Source: Isochrysis galbana
Lineage: Eukaryota
NCBI GenBank assembly: GCA_018136815.1
Contig: CM030932.1
Span: 7,594,001-7,626,000 of the forward strand
Length of the DNA: 32,000 nt
Reading direction: 5' to 3'
Notes under the pieces: generated by a model
What the model saw: the letters and a program-made list of their open reading frames with translations, nothing else
The model's database searches: none
What the model was told of the DNA's origin: nothing
Program-made: the position numbers and the translations under genes
Shown: positions 1 to 12,500 of the stretch, one piece after another
How the letters are laid out: every line of letters starts with the position of its first letter
How positions within the stretch are numbered: the stretch's first letter is position 1

Positions 1-590
1 CACGTCCGCACCGCCGCCAACGTGCGGTACGCAGGGCCGTACTCGAGACCGAGTCCGCGTAGGGTCGTGTACAAAGCGTCGGAGTCGCAAGCCATCGTGC
101 ATTGCGCAAGTCCCGCACGCACGCCACGTCGCCCCGCTAGCCCGGCGGCCACCCCCGCCCTGCCGGAGCAGTGCACAACTAACGGTGCACCTTCCTCAAG
201 GCCCGTGCTGAAGACCTCGAATGCGCCGTCGGTGCCATGCATGCTAGCTTCAACAATCACGACGTCGTCCACAAACATCGGCTGCACAAAATACACCTTC
301 TCCAACCGCATCGCAGCCGCCTGCCCGAGCGCCGCCTGCCCGATCAGCGCGCGGCACTGACGAGCCATCTCCAGGTAGCCGGCCGCCGGGAAGACAATGC
401 GACCCCGCACCACGTGGTCCGCCACCAGAGCTCGCAGAGCACCCCCCACCTCGGACCGGAACATGCTCGCGCCGCCCTCGCTATCCCCCATCGCAAGCTG
501 TGCAAGCGGGTGAACGGGGACACGCCACGCGAATGCACGGCGCGTAAAGCGAGCGGCTGAGACGTAACCCTCGAGGTCCGCGGGGCTGCC
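1..590 (-). other. Dehydratase, fourth module (cut by window edge)
   Basis: TRRAFAWRVPVHPL linker; DHVVRGRIVFPAAGYLEMA at 363-419; LEYGPALRTLAA. Confidence 0.85.
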
Positions 591-3500
591 TGCGCTGCCC
601 TGCACCACAGAGTGCACTATCGTGCCGCTATATCCAAATGAACTCACGCCGCCGACAGTCGCGTGCGACTCATCCACCTCGGTGCCTGACAACTGTGACG
701 GAAGCAAGCAGTGTACGCCCGAGAGCGCGGAGAGCACGTGCGCGTTTAAGACGCGCAACTGCGCATTCGGCGCGGACTCGCGGTGACGCATGGCGAGGAT
801 CAGGCGAAGAAGGCCAGATGCACCGGCAGCCGGCTCTGCGTGACCCACGTTCGCCTTGATGCTCGCCACGGACGGAATGCGATAGTCCGTGCCGATGGGC
901 AGCACAACCGATGCCAAGGAGCTCGCCTCAATGGGATCGCCAAGCGCCGTACCAGTGCCGTGCGCCTCCACACGAGCAAGCAGAGACTTGTCGCTCGATG
1001 CAACTGCGTACGCTGTCTTCAGCAGGCTACGCTGAGCCTGCCCATTCGGCGCAGTCAGGCTGGCACTCCTGCCGTCTTGCCGCACACAGCTGCCAAGCAC
1101 TGATCCCAACGGCGACGCGGCCGCCCGGGGGGCCTCCAGCTCGAAGGTGCAGCACGCCTCGCCACGCGCGTAGCCGTCGGCGCGGCGATCGAACGGCTTG
1201 CAGCTACCCGTCGCCGACGTCATGCCGGCAATGGCAAAGTTGATGCTCACCTCCGGAAGAAGCATCAGGCTGACACCAGCAACGAGCGCATTCGCGCACT
1301 CTTGCGCCTGCAATGCGCGATACGCGGAGTGCGCTGCAGCAAGAGCGGCCGAGCATGCCGTGTCGTATGAGACGCACGGCCCGTGCAACCCAAGCACGAA
1401 AGAAAGTCGCCCCGCGGCTATCGAGTGGCTGCTCCCCGTCGCAGCGTACACGCTCCGGTGCATCGGACTCCCCCTCAAAATGTCCACCCAGTCTGTCGCC
1501 GCAATGCCTAGGAAGACACCGAGGCCGCTGCCATCCAAGGTAGACCGCTCTAGGCCAGAGCCGCAAAGAGCCGCGTAGCCGTGCTCCAGCAAGAGGCGCT
1601 GTTGCGGGTCCATCGAGGCCGCCTCGGCTGGAGACACACTGAAGTAGGCGTTGTCGAAGAGCTCCACCTCGTGTAGGAAACCGCCATGGCGGATACGCAT
1701 GCCCACAACGTCGGTCCCGTCGCCCACGGGCTCCATTTGCCATCGGCCCGATGGAACCTCCGTCATAGAGCTCACTGAAGTGCACACTAGCGCACGTGCG
1801 GCCGATGCACCGCGGGCGCGACCAGGAAGCTGCGAGCTCGTGCCGCACAAAAACACGCTCACGCTCGCTCCCGAGCTCGGCGCCGGCGCATCGGCGGCGA
1901 CGCTCGCGCCGTGTGCGCCATGCGATGGTGAGCTGCGGCCCTCGAAGTACGAACACAACTGGCGAGCCGTCGGGTAATCAAAGATGAGAGTGCTCGGCAA
2001 GCTCAATCCGGAATGCGTCTTCAGCCGGTTTCCGAGCTCCACGGCCCCAAGAGAGTCTAGCCCTGCTTCCATCAGCGGCGTGTCCGCGTCGGTGCGATGG
2101 CCTGACGTCTGCTGCATCAGCTCAAGGATGGTCGATAGATCCGTCACGGAAGATGGCGCGACGCCGACAGCGGGCGCAACAAAGGGCTCTCGACGCAAAC
2201 GGCGCTCTGGGGCGAACGCCTCGAGCTGCTCGGGGACCTGCGCCATTGCACCAAGGTAGACGCCCCAGCGCACCACAAGCACAGCCAGCACCGAAGGGCA
2301 CGGCGGCCGCATCGCGGCTTGAAGTGCCAAAAGCCCCTGTGGCGCCGATATCAAGCCAACCCCTCCCGCCTGAAGGCGAGCGCTCACGGCGCTCCCGGCA
2401 GCCATGCCCACGTCCGCCCATGGCCCCCACTGAAGACTGGCCCCAGACAAGCCGCGCGAACGGCGACAACCGCTCAACGAGTCCAAGCAGCTGTTGGCCG
2501 CCGAGTAGTTCGCCTGTCCTCGCCCGCCAAGCAACGCGGCGACGGATGAGTACAGCATGAACGAGCCCACCTCCAAGCTGCAGCTCTCCTGGTGCAGGTA
2601 CCAGCCACCGCTCACCTTGGGAGCGTACACGCGACGCAATGACGATGCGCTCTGGCCGGCGAGAAGCCCGTCCGATAGCACACCAGCGGCATGCCAAATG
2701 CCGCTCGTCTGCCTTGGCCAGCCGCTTCCCGCCAACATGCACGCCAGCCGAATATTGTCCGCAGCCTCGGACACGTCGCACCGAGCGACGTAAGCCGTGC
2801 CAGATGGCAATCCGCACTGTGCGGCCGTCGATGACAGCGTGCCTCGACGTGAAGCGAGCACCACTGCCTCCGCCCCGGCCTCCGCCAGCCACCGGCCCGT
2901 CAGCACGCCGAGCCCGCCGCTTCCGCCGCTGAGCAAGTGCACTCCTCGCACGCCACGCCCAACCAGCGCGGGCAATCGCACCACCACCTTGCCGATGTTG
3001 GCGCCAGCTTGCAAGCAGCGGAACGCACCCAGCACCTCGCGCTCCATGTCGAAGGGTTGCAGCGGAAGACCGTGAAGCACCCCCGCCGAAGCACGAGACG
3101 ACAAGAGGCCAAGCGTTTGGCGCATCCACCAAGGCGACTGCTCCATCGTGCTGTCGAGAGCCAGCGCACGATATTCCGCGAGCGAGCACGCACGCATCCG
3201 CTCCGAGCTCCACACCGAGCGCTTGCCAATCTCGCTGAAGCAGCCGCCGCTCTCGGCCAACAACGCCAATGACGATGGAATGAAGTCGGCGGACAGGCTG
3301 TTCAGCACGCCGAGCGCACGGCCGCCGCGCAAAAAGTGTGGCGCGCCAAACGAGAAGGCGCCCCCATCGCGAGAGCTCGTCATCCCAGTGCCGCCCGTGT
3401 AGAGTGCGTGCAGGAAGCGGTGCTTCGATGGTCTGCCCGCAGATACAACCGCGTGGCTGCCGAGCAAGTGCGCGTACTCGCCTGCAGCAAGGCCCACGCC

Positions 3501-6500
3501 TCCAGCGGCCGCGTGAACAATCATGCGGTGCAGTGACCGTGGCCGCCAGCCATTGAAGCTCATATGCACGGTGCTCCATGTCGTAGGCAGGGTGCACGCT
3601 GCCTCGAAGGAAAGCAAGGAGCCCTTCGGCGAGAGCAGACGCCAGTCGGCACGTGCAATGGATGCCAATGAGGCGAATGCTTCTCCCAAAACCTGCTCAC
3701 CAACGCAGAGGCGCCCGGAGTCACTCCCCACCACGGCAACCTCTGCCGCGCAGTCGTTTCCAGGTGGACCAGGGTCGCCAGGGTACGCGCCCAAGACATT
3801 CAGGACGTCACGAAAGTTGAGGCCGACAGAGCGAATATGCAACTCGACCTCCATCGAAAACGGGAGCCGCTCAAAGCCCTGTTGCGGACGAACATCGAGA
3901 TTGCTCAAGGCTCCTCGTGCATCGAAGTGGAGGCAAATTGGCCCGCTCATCGATAGAGGAGCTTCCGCCACACGAGGTACGCACCATGACTCGTTCAGAA
4001 GCACTGCGTCGGGCTCGGGGCACTGAGGCACTGAGGCAATGGCACGTCTCCAGCTGGCAAAGCGAGAGCATGTCTGTCCAACGCCGATCACATCGACGCA
4101 TTCCAATACGAGATCAAGGCATTCTAGTCGGGCTGTACGTGCAAATCCAATCGAGCCGGCGTGCATAGGTTCGATATCCATGCTAGCCATCGCAACTTGC
4201 GTCCCTCTAGTCATCAAGATGACCGTGGGTGCCGAACGCGAACCCGCCTGCGTGCAAACCACACGAAAGTGCTGCTCCAGGACGGGAAGCGGCGCTAATG
4301 ACCGGTTCCCACCGAAGCCCAATCCCATCGTCACGGAACCAACTAGCAAACCCGCTGTGGCGGAGTTCGCACCGACTTCTGGAATGCTGTCGCCCGTGAA
4401 AAGCGATGCCCCGCCCTTGTCAAACGCAGCCGCATATGCGACAAGCGAGTGCCATGTGGTCACATATAGATGCTGAGTGGGGCGATTCAACGGCTTGCCC
4501 AGCCTTTTCAGCTTCCGGCACTCAAAGCCTCGCAATAAACATCCGGCAGTGTGACGACTCGCGCGAGGAATGAGCCATATTGTAGATGCATGGTGACCCT
4601 CAACCTCGCACAAGGCATTCAGGTGGCCAGGGCATGAACCAAGCCATGCCTCCCCCACTTTGAAAGGCAAGTTCGTCCCACGCCCCGACAAGTTGCCCGT
4701 CACAAGACCCGAGGTTTGCAGGGCGTTGTCAAGGTCCGCTGGATGTACGACTGTGCCCTCGCGATTCACACGTCTCCGTAGCATCGACATCGACCGATCG
4801 CACGCCTGCGACTGCCACGCCGCACGCACCAGACGGTAGGAGGTCCCGTACTCCAAGCCAACACTCTTGAACGCATTGTAGAAACTGCCCACGTCGACAC
4901 CGCTCACACCGATGCACCGCGTTCGAGCCAGGTGTGGCAGGAGTGCCGGTCGCGCAGCGGATTCAAACTCGCCAGCGGCGTGAATGGTGGGGTCTTCACC
5001 ACTCATTGCAGTGAGACTGGTGATTTCGAATCTCCTAGCAGAGGCGTCGATCGCGCATCGCAGTCGTGCTTCTGTTATCCAATCTATCACGAGAACTTTC
5101 AAGAAGTATGTGTTGGACATGTACGTCGTCTCACATCGTGAAAGCTGTGTTGCCCTACAAGCGCCTGCCATCTCCAAATAGGCAGCGCCTGGGAACACGA
5201 TGTGTCCATTCACAACGTGATCAACGATTATTGAAAGAAACGCTGAGGATCCGCTAGACGCGAAGATGGCGCCGGTATCTTTTCCATCTTTAACTGTTTG
5301 GCCTCGAAGAGGGTGAGGGAGGTCCCGCCACGGAAAGTGACGCCTTGCGAAGGGCGGCATGCGTGCACGCTTCACATGGAGACTCGAGCCTAATGAAGCG
5401 GCAGCGACAGCATGAACTATGGTACCGCTGTACCCAAACGAATTGACCCCGCCGATGTATGGCCTCATCTTCCCATGGGTTGCTGATACCTGGGATACAT
5501 GCATTGGCGTAGCGCAAAATGTGCCGTAAATTGCGGTATGAACATGCGGGTTGAGCACACGCAATTGTGCGTTCGGCGGCGATTCATGCCCCATTATACC
5601 AAGCAGCAGCCGCAATAATGCCGTAGTACCAGCAGCGGGTTCGGAGTGGCCAGCATTAGCCTTCATGCTGCTTAGTGGAAAGGCACCTTCCCTACCGGAG
5701 CAACTTGAAGTGGATGTGGCAATGGACCGTGCCTCGATGGGATCACCAAGGGTGGTGCCCGTTCCATGAGCCTCGATGCATGAAAGATCAGAAGCCTCAA
5801 TCCCGGCGTCCAGCAAAGCCATGTTTATCAACGAGCGCTGTGCTTGACCGTTTGGTGCGGTCAGGCTGGCACTTTTACCATCTTGTCTTACACAACTGCC
5901 GAGGAGAGCACAACGAATTTCCGCATCGTCGTTTGCATGCTCCACGAAAGCGCAGCAAGCTTCGCCGCGTGCGTAGCCGTCCGCGCGAATATCAAATGTA
6001 TGACACCGACCTCTAGCTGATGTCATTCCGGCGATAGCAAAGAACATCTCTAGCCCCGGAAGGAGCATCAAATTGACGCCAAGAATCAAGCCGCCAGTAC
6101 ACTCGCGCATCATAAGGGCTCTCGACGCCGCATGCTGTGCGACTAGCGCGGCAGAGCATGCTGTATCATACGAAACGCAAGGACCGTCGAGCCCAAGCAC
6201 GAAGGACAGACGTCCGGACGCGATGGAAAGGCTCGCACTCGTAGCCGCATACACAGTGTGAGATATCCTTGGGGAAGCCCGCAATATATGAGCCCAGTCT
6301 GTAGATGCAGCAGCAATCCCAAGGAAAACACCCATGCTATGGCATGACACCAGCCCGCGGGTCCATCCAGTACCATGAAGCGCATCGTAACTATGCTCAA
6401 GTAATAATCGTTGTTGAGGGTCCATGGTGACTGTTTCGGCTGGCGAGATATTGAACAACGCATTGTCGAAGTGGTCAATGTACCGTAAGAAACCACCGTG

Positions 6501-9500
6501 GCGTACTCTTTGTGAGACTAAATCTAAGCTCGGCGGCGTTTCCTCGAGATGCCAACGTTCAGTGGGCACCATTGATACTGCATTGCTGCTTGTCATCATC
6601 ATCAATCGCATGCTTTCGTGGCCTCGAATTCCAAGTGGCAATGATATACTTACGGCGCAGACATTGGCGATCGATGCCGGCGTTGCGGCCTGTACGGGTG
6701 TTGCGGCCGGTATGTGAGACGCGAGCGGATGAATGCTCATCACGGATTGTTCTTCGGGCCCAACAGAAAGTCTACATAAGAAGGAGGCCAGCTGCCTTGC
6801 CGTAGGATAGTCGAAGACCAACGTACTGGGGAGATTAGCTTTCCTACCGATCTCGTACTGTAATCTGTTTCTGACTTCCACAGCGCTCAAGGAGTCCAAT
6901 CCGGCTTCCATCAAGGGAACATCCGCGCCAATGTCTCCCCCTATCGTTTGGTCGAGAAGTGCAGTGACCGTCTCGATAGTAATCCTGCGCGATTCGTCCT
7001 GGTCTACTTCTTTCGATTGCATGAAACCAACCTTGGAGGCACACCGGTCTAGTAAAGGCGGAACCAAATTCAGGTTTTCGAGGAATTGCTTCCAGTGGAC
7101 GATAAACAGCGCAAAGATGGGAGGTCCTCGCAGGCAAACGGCTGCCTTCAGTGCAAGGACCCCCAACGAAAGGTCAATCATCCCCATGCCTGCACTCTGC
7201 AAGCGAATGTTGACCGTGGAGCCCGCGGCCATGCCGACATCTGCCCAAGGGCCCCATTGAACACTCGCGGCTGGTAGACCACCGGAACGTCGTACTCCGC
7301 CCAAGGAGTCCAAACAGCAATTGGCAGCGGCATAGTTTGATTGCCCGAGGTTGCCCACGAGGCCTGCAATCGACGAAAAGAATACATATGCCTCTAGTTG
7401 ATGGCACGCCGTTGCCCGTTGCAGACTCCAGGCCCCATACGCCTTAGGTGCGTATACGCGTCGGATGGCGCCAAAGCGATGCGAGGTCAAAAGTCCATCG
7501 GACAACACACCCGCAGCATGCCACAACCCAACAAGCTTAGCCGAAAAGCATCGCGAAAGGCCGGAAGATAAACGTGCCACTTCTAAGAAATCGGAAACAT
7601 CACACCGGGAAGTGAAAATGGACCCCTCCGGTACATGATTGCATTCTCCCCTTCGCAACGCACGAGACGAGCCAGAACGTGAAGCGAGCACCACTGCCTC
7701 CGCCCCGGCCTCCGCCAGCCACCGGCCCGTCAGCACGCCGAGCCCGCCGCTTCCGCCGCTGAGCAAGTGCACTCCTCGCACGCCACGCCCAACCAGCGCG
7801 GGCAATCGCACCACCACCTTGCCGATGTTGGCGCCAGCTTGCAAGCAGCGGAACGCACCCAGCACCTCGCGCTCCATGTCGAAGGGTTGCAGCGGAAGAC
7901 CGTGAAGCACCCCCGCCGAAGCACGAGACGACAAGAGGCCAAGCGTTTGGCGCATCCACCAAGGCGACTGCTCCATCGTGCTGTCGAGAGCCAGCGCACG
8001 ATATTCCGCGAGCGAGCACGCACGCATCCGCTCCGAGCTCCACACCGAGCGCTTGCCAATCTCGCTGAAGCAGCCGCCGCTCTCGGCCAACAACGCCAAT
8101 GACGATGGAATGAAGTCGGCGGACAGGCTGTTCAGCACGCCGAGCGCACGGCCGCCGCGCAAAAAGTGTGGCGCGCCAAACGAGAAGGCGCCCCCATCGC
8201 GAGAGCTCGTCATCCCAGTGCCGCCCGTGTAGAGTGCGTGCAGGAAGCGGTGCTTCGATGGTCTGCCCGCAGATACAACCGCGTGGCTGCCGAGCAAGTG
8301 CGCGTACTCGCCTGCAGCAAGGCCCACGCCTCCAGCGGCCGCGTGAACAATCATGCGGTGCAGTGACCGTGGCCGCCAGCCATTGAAGCTCATATGCACG
8401 GTGCTCCATGTCGTAGGCAGGGTGCACGCTGCCTCGAAGGAAAGCAAGGAGCCCTTCGGCGAGAGCAGACGATAGTCGGCACGTGCAATGGATGCCAATG
8501 AGGCGAATGCTTCTCCCAAAACCTGCTCACCAACGCAGAGGCGCCCGGAGTCACTCCCCACCACGGCAACCTCTGCCGCGCAGTCGTTTCCAGGTGGACC
8601 AGGGTCGCCAGGGTACGCGCCCAAGACATTCAGGACGTCACGAAAGTTGAGGCCGACAGAGCGAATATGCAACTCGACCTCCATCGAAAACGGGAGCCGC
8701 TCAAAGCCCTGTTGCGGACGAACATCCAGATTGCTCAAGGCTCCTCGTGCATCGAAGTGGAGGCAAATTGGCCCGCTCATCGATAGAGGAGCTTCCGCCA
8801 CACGAGGTACGCACCATGACTCGTTCAGAAGCACTGCGTCGGGCTCGGGGCACTGAGGCACTGAGGCAATGGCACGTCTCCAGCTGGCAAAGCGAGAGCA
8901 TGTCTGTCCAACGCTGATCACATCGACGCATTCCAATACGAGATCAAGGCATTCTAGTCGGGCTGTACGTGCAAATCCAATCGAGCCGGCGTGCATAGGT
9001 TCGATATCCATGCTAGCCATCGCAACTTGCGTCCCTCTAGTCATCAAGATGACCGTGGGTGCCGAACGCGAACCCGCCTGCGTGCAAACCACACGAAAGT
9101 GCTGCTCCAGGACGGGAAGCGGCGCTAATGACCGGTTCCCACCGAAGCCCAATCCCATCGTCACGGAACCAACTAGCAAACCCGCTGTGGCGGAGTTCGC
9201 ACCGACTTCTGGAATGCTGTCGCCCGTGAAAAGCGATGCCCCGCCCTTGTCAAACGCAGCCGCATATGCGACAAGCGAGTGCCATGTGGTCACATATAGA
9301 TGCTGAGTGGGGCGATTCAACGGCTTGCCCAGCCTTTTCAGCTTCCGGCACTCAAAGCCTCGCAATAAACATCCGGCAGTGTGACGACTCGCGCGAGGAA
9401 TGAGCCATATTGTAGATGCATGGTGACCCTCAACCTCGCACAAGGCATTCAGGTGGCCAGGGCATGAACCAAGCCATGCCTCCCCCACTTTGAAAGGCAA

Positions 9501-12500
9501 GTTCGTCCCACGCCCCGACAAGTTGCCCGTCACAAGACCCGAGGTTTGCAGGGCGTTGTCAAGGTCCGCTGGATGTACGACTGTGCCCTCGCGATTCACA
9601 CGTCTCCGTAGCATCGACATCGACCGATCGCACGCCTGCGACTGCCACGCCGCACGCACCAGACGGTAGGAGGTCCCGTACTCCAAGCCAACACTCTTGA
9701 ACGCATTGTAGAAACTGCCCACGTCGACACCGCTCACACCGATGCACCGCGTTCGAGCCAGGTGTGGCAGGAGTGCCGGTCGCGCAGCGGATTCAAACTC
9801 GCCAGCGGCGTGAACGGTGGGGTCTTCACCACTCATTGCAGTGAGACTGGTGATTTCGAATTGGCTGGCACCTTCTTCGATCACACATCTAAGAAGGGCG
9901 TCTGTGTTCGCTTCCAATACCAAAGGACGAAGAAAGTATGTTCGACAGAGGGCCGTCGTTGCGGAAGCACAACTGAATTCACACAGGCATGCGCGAGCCA
10001 TCTCAAGATATCCGGACCCTGGGAAAGTGACGTTGTCGTGAACTATATGTTCCGCAATCACAGGCCACATCGCGCTTGGCGTCGCTAAATAATATCGACG
10101 TGCAGGCTGGGACTTTGATAGTACGCTAGCGTCGCGTTTGGCAAACGGGTGTGCATCGTCACGCCAAGTGTACCGACGTCGTGCGTACTTCACCTTCGTC
10201 GGGGTGTGAAGAGTCCTCGTCTTCGCTTTGACCACGGCATGGACAATGGTCCCGCTATAGCCAAAAGAGTTTACTCCTCCGGAGCGCCAAGCATCCCACG
10301 CACCGTGTGTTCCGAGCGGCGTCACCTGCACAGAGAGGGTGACCTTGCTCACATCGATAGCGGCTCCGATGTGTACATTCAAGATCCGTAAGTGAGCGTT
10401 CGGGGCAGCTAGGACGTCGCTCAAAGAGCCAATAAGTCGCATCAAACCGGATGCGCCGGCGGCAGGTTCGGGATGACCAGCATTTGCCTTCACACTTCCA
10501 ACAGGCATGGCAGATTGGGAGCTTCGCAATCCGCCGATGGAGGCATTCACTGACCCTGCCTCAATAGGATCGCCGAGGGCAGTTCCAGTCCCGTGAGCTT
10601 CCAAGTAAAGAATATCAGATGCAGTATGGCCGGATATGGCTAGTGCGGCCCTCATGAGCTGCTGTTGTGCCTGCCCGTTAGGGGCTGTAAGACTGGCGCT
10701 CTTTCCATCCTGCCTCACGCAGCTTCCCGACAAAGTTACGACGCGGTTATCGCTATCGCAACATGCCCTGTGGACGACGGCGCAACACGCCTCACCACGG
10801 GAATACCCGTCGGCGCGTGCATCGAATGTTTTGCTCGCTCCGGTTGCTGACGTCATGCCGGCAATCGCAAACGAAATGCTATTTGCTGGCAAGAGCATAA
10901 GGCTCACTGCAGCCATTACCGCAACGCTACATTCGTCGAGGTGAAGCGCACGCATTGCGCAGTGATTTGCGACCAGGGCTGCAGAGCAAGCCGTGTCGAT
11001 TGAAACACAAGGCCCCTGCATGCCCAAAATGAAGGAAAGACGCCCCGATGCGATTGCATGACTGCTACCGGTAGCGGCATAAACGCTTTTCTCCATGAAT
11101 GCGGAAGCCCTGATTATCTCCAACCAGTCATGGCCCTCGATCCCTACGAAAACTCCAGTCGTTGAGCCACTGACACCCGTCTTGTTGAGCGACGCTCCAT
11201 GAAGGGCTGCATAACTGCAATCCAATAAGAGGCGCTGTTGCGGATCCATGGCAACCGCCTCTGCTGGCGACACGCCGAAAAAAACGTTGTCAAAGAGCTC
11301 GGCATTGCGTATGAAGCCGCCGTACATCACCCGATCCCCAATCGGGCTTGGCATCGTTCGAACAAAGTCTAGCGACCAACGGTCAGGTGGAACCTTGGAA
11401 GTCACTGTCGCGGCACTTGCAGACAAACTAGCCATCGTCCCAATATCGACGCCATTTGGCAGCATTAGGCACGGCCCTTGGAGACAAACCCAGATTGATC
11501 CGCGTTTGCCATCGGATGGCAGGGACAAAGGTTGCAATTGAGGGCCATGAACACTTGAGCCGACAGGTGGTTTCGCCAACGTGCATAGGTGGTCGTGGAT
11601 GAGACGAGCTGTTGGGAAGTCGAACACAAGAGTACTCGGTAGATTTAGTCCTGAGCGGATATGTAACTGATTTCCAATTTCCACTGCTCCCAATGAATCG
11701 ATGCCGAATTGCATCAAAGGTTCGTCGGCATTTATACAGCAACCCGCTGTAGTCTCAATGGTCGTCATGACGGCGGCGAGCGAGAGCTTGTTAGCGGCTG
11801 GTCCCGAATGCAAATTCGCGGGCGATGGAGTTGTGGCCACTTTCCGAACGGGAGCGAAGGCCCTCAAATAGACAGGCGCTCTTGCTTGTGCTTGGAAGAA
11901 AGTTGGCCAGTCGAAGACGGTCCAACAGAAGGCGGACGGTCCACGGCAGCACAAAGCGGCCAAGAAGGCCGACCCGGTTTTGGAAGCGTCCAATAGGCCC
12001 ATTCCCGACGCTTGAAGGCGAGCATGGACGGCTATGCCGGCCGCCATGCCCACGTCAGCCCAGGGTCCCCATTGTACACTCGAAGTGGCCAGCCCACATA
12101 CGCGACGTTGCGAGCTGAGCGTGTCAAGGCAGCAGTTCGCAGCAGAATAATTTGCTTGCCCTGCACCACCCAAGATGGCCATGACAGATGAAAACGAGAC
12201 GAAAGTTTGCAGAGAAAAGGGTGCGCAAAAGAGGTGTAGCGCCCATGCTCCTACTGCTTTTGGCGCAAATACGCGTTTAATGGACTCGACATTCTGCGAG
12301 CGCAGAAGACCGTCAGCAAGCAGTCCTGCAGCGTGCCATACGCCGCAAAAAGGAGGAGACACACTTTGTAAAACATCTCCCATGACTCGCCTAAGATCGG
12401 GCGGGCTTGCGGCATTGCATCGCGCCACTCTTATCTTGAGCGGACTGCGAAGCTTACGATGCAGCAGGTCTCGTACGCCTCGCAAAGAAAGAGCGCCATT

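Noticed and set aside
638-720. Possible frameshift at the end of the fourth KS
   Set aside because: On careful rereading, QLSGTEVDESHATVGGVSSFGYSG is continuous.
237-1578. Plus-strand ORFs across the left end
   Set aside because: Antisense to in-frame KS/DH motifs with no recognisable domain.
2122-3597. 491-aa minus-strand ORF as a gene
   Set aside because: First base is in a different frame from all PKS motifs; arginine/alanine-rich translation is a shadow of GC-rich PKS coding.
7600-8427. 275-aa minus-strand ORF as a gene
   Set aside because: Shadow ORF repeated only because the PKS block is duplicated.
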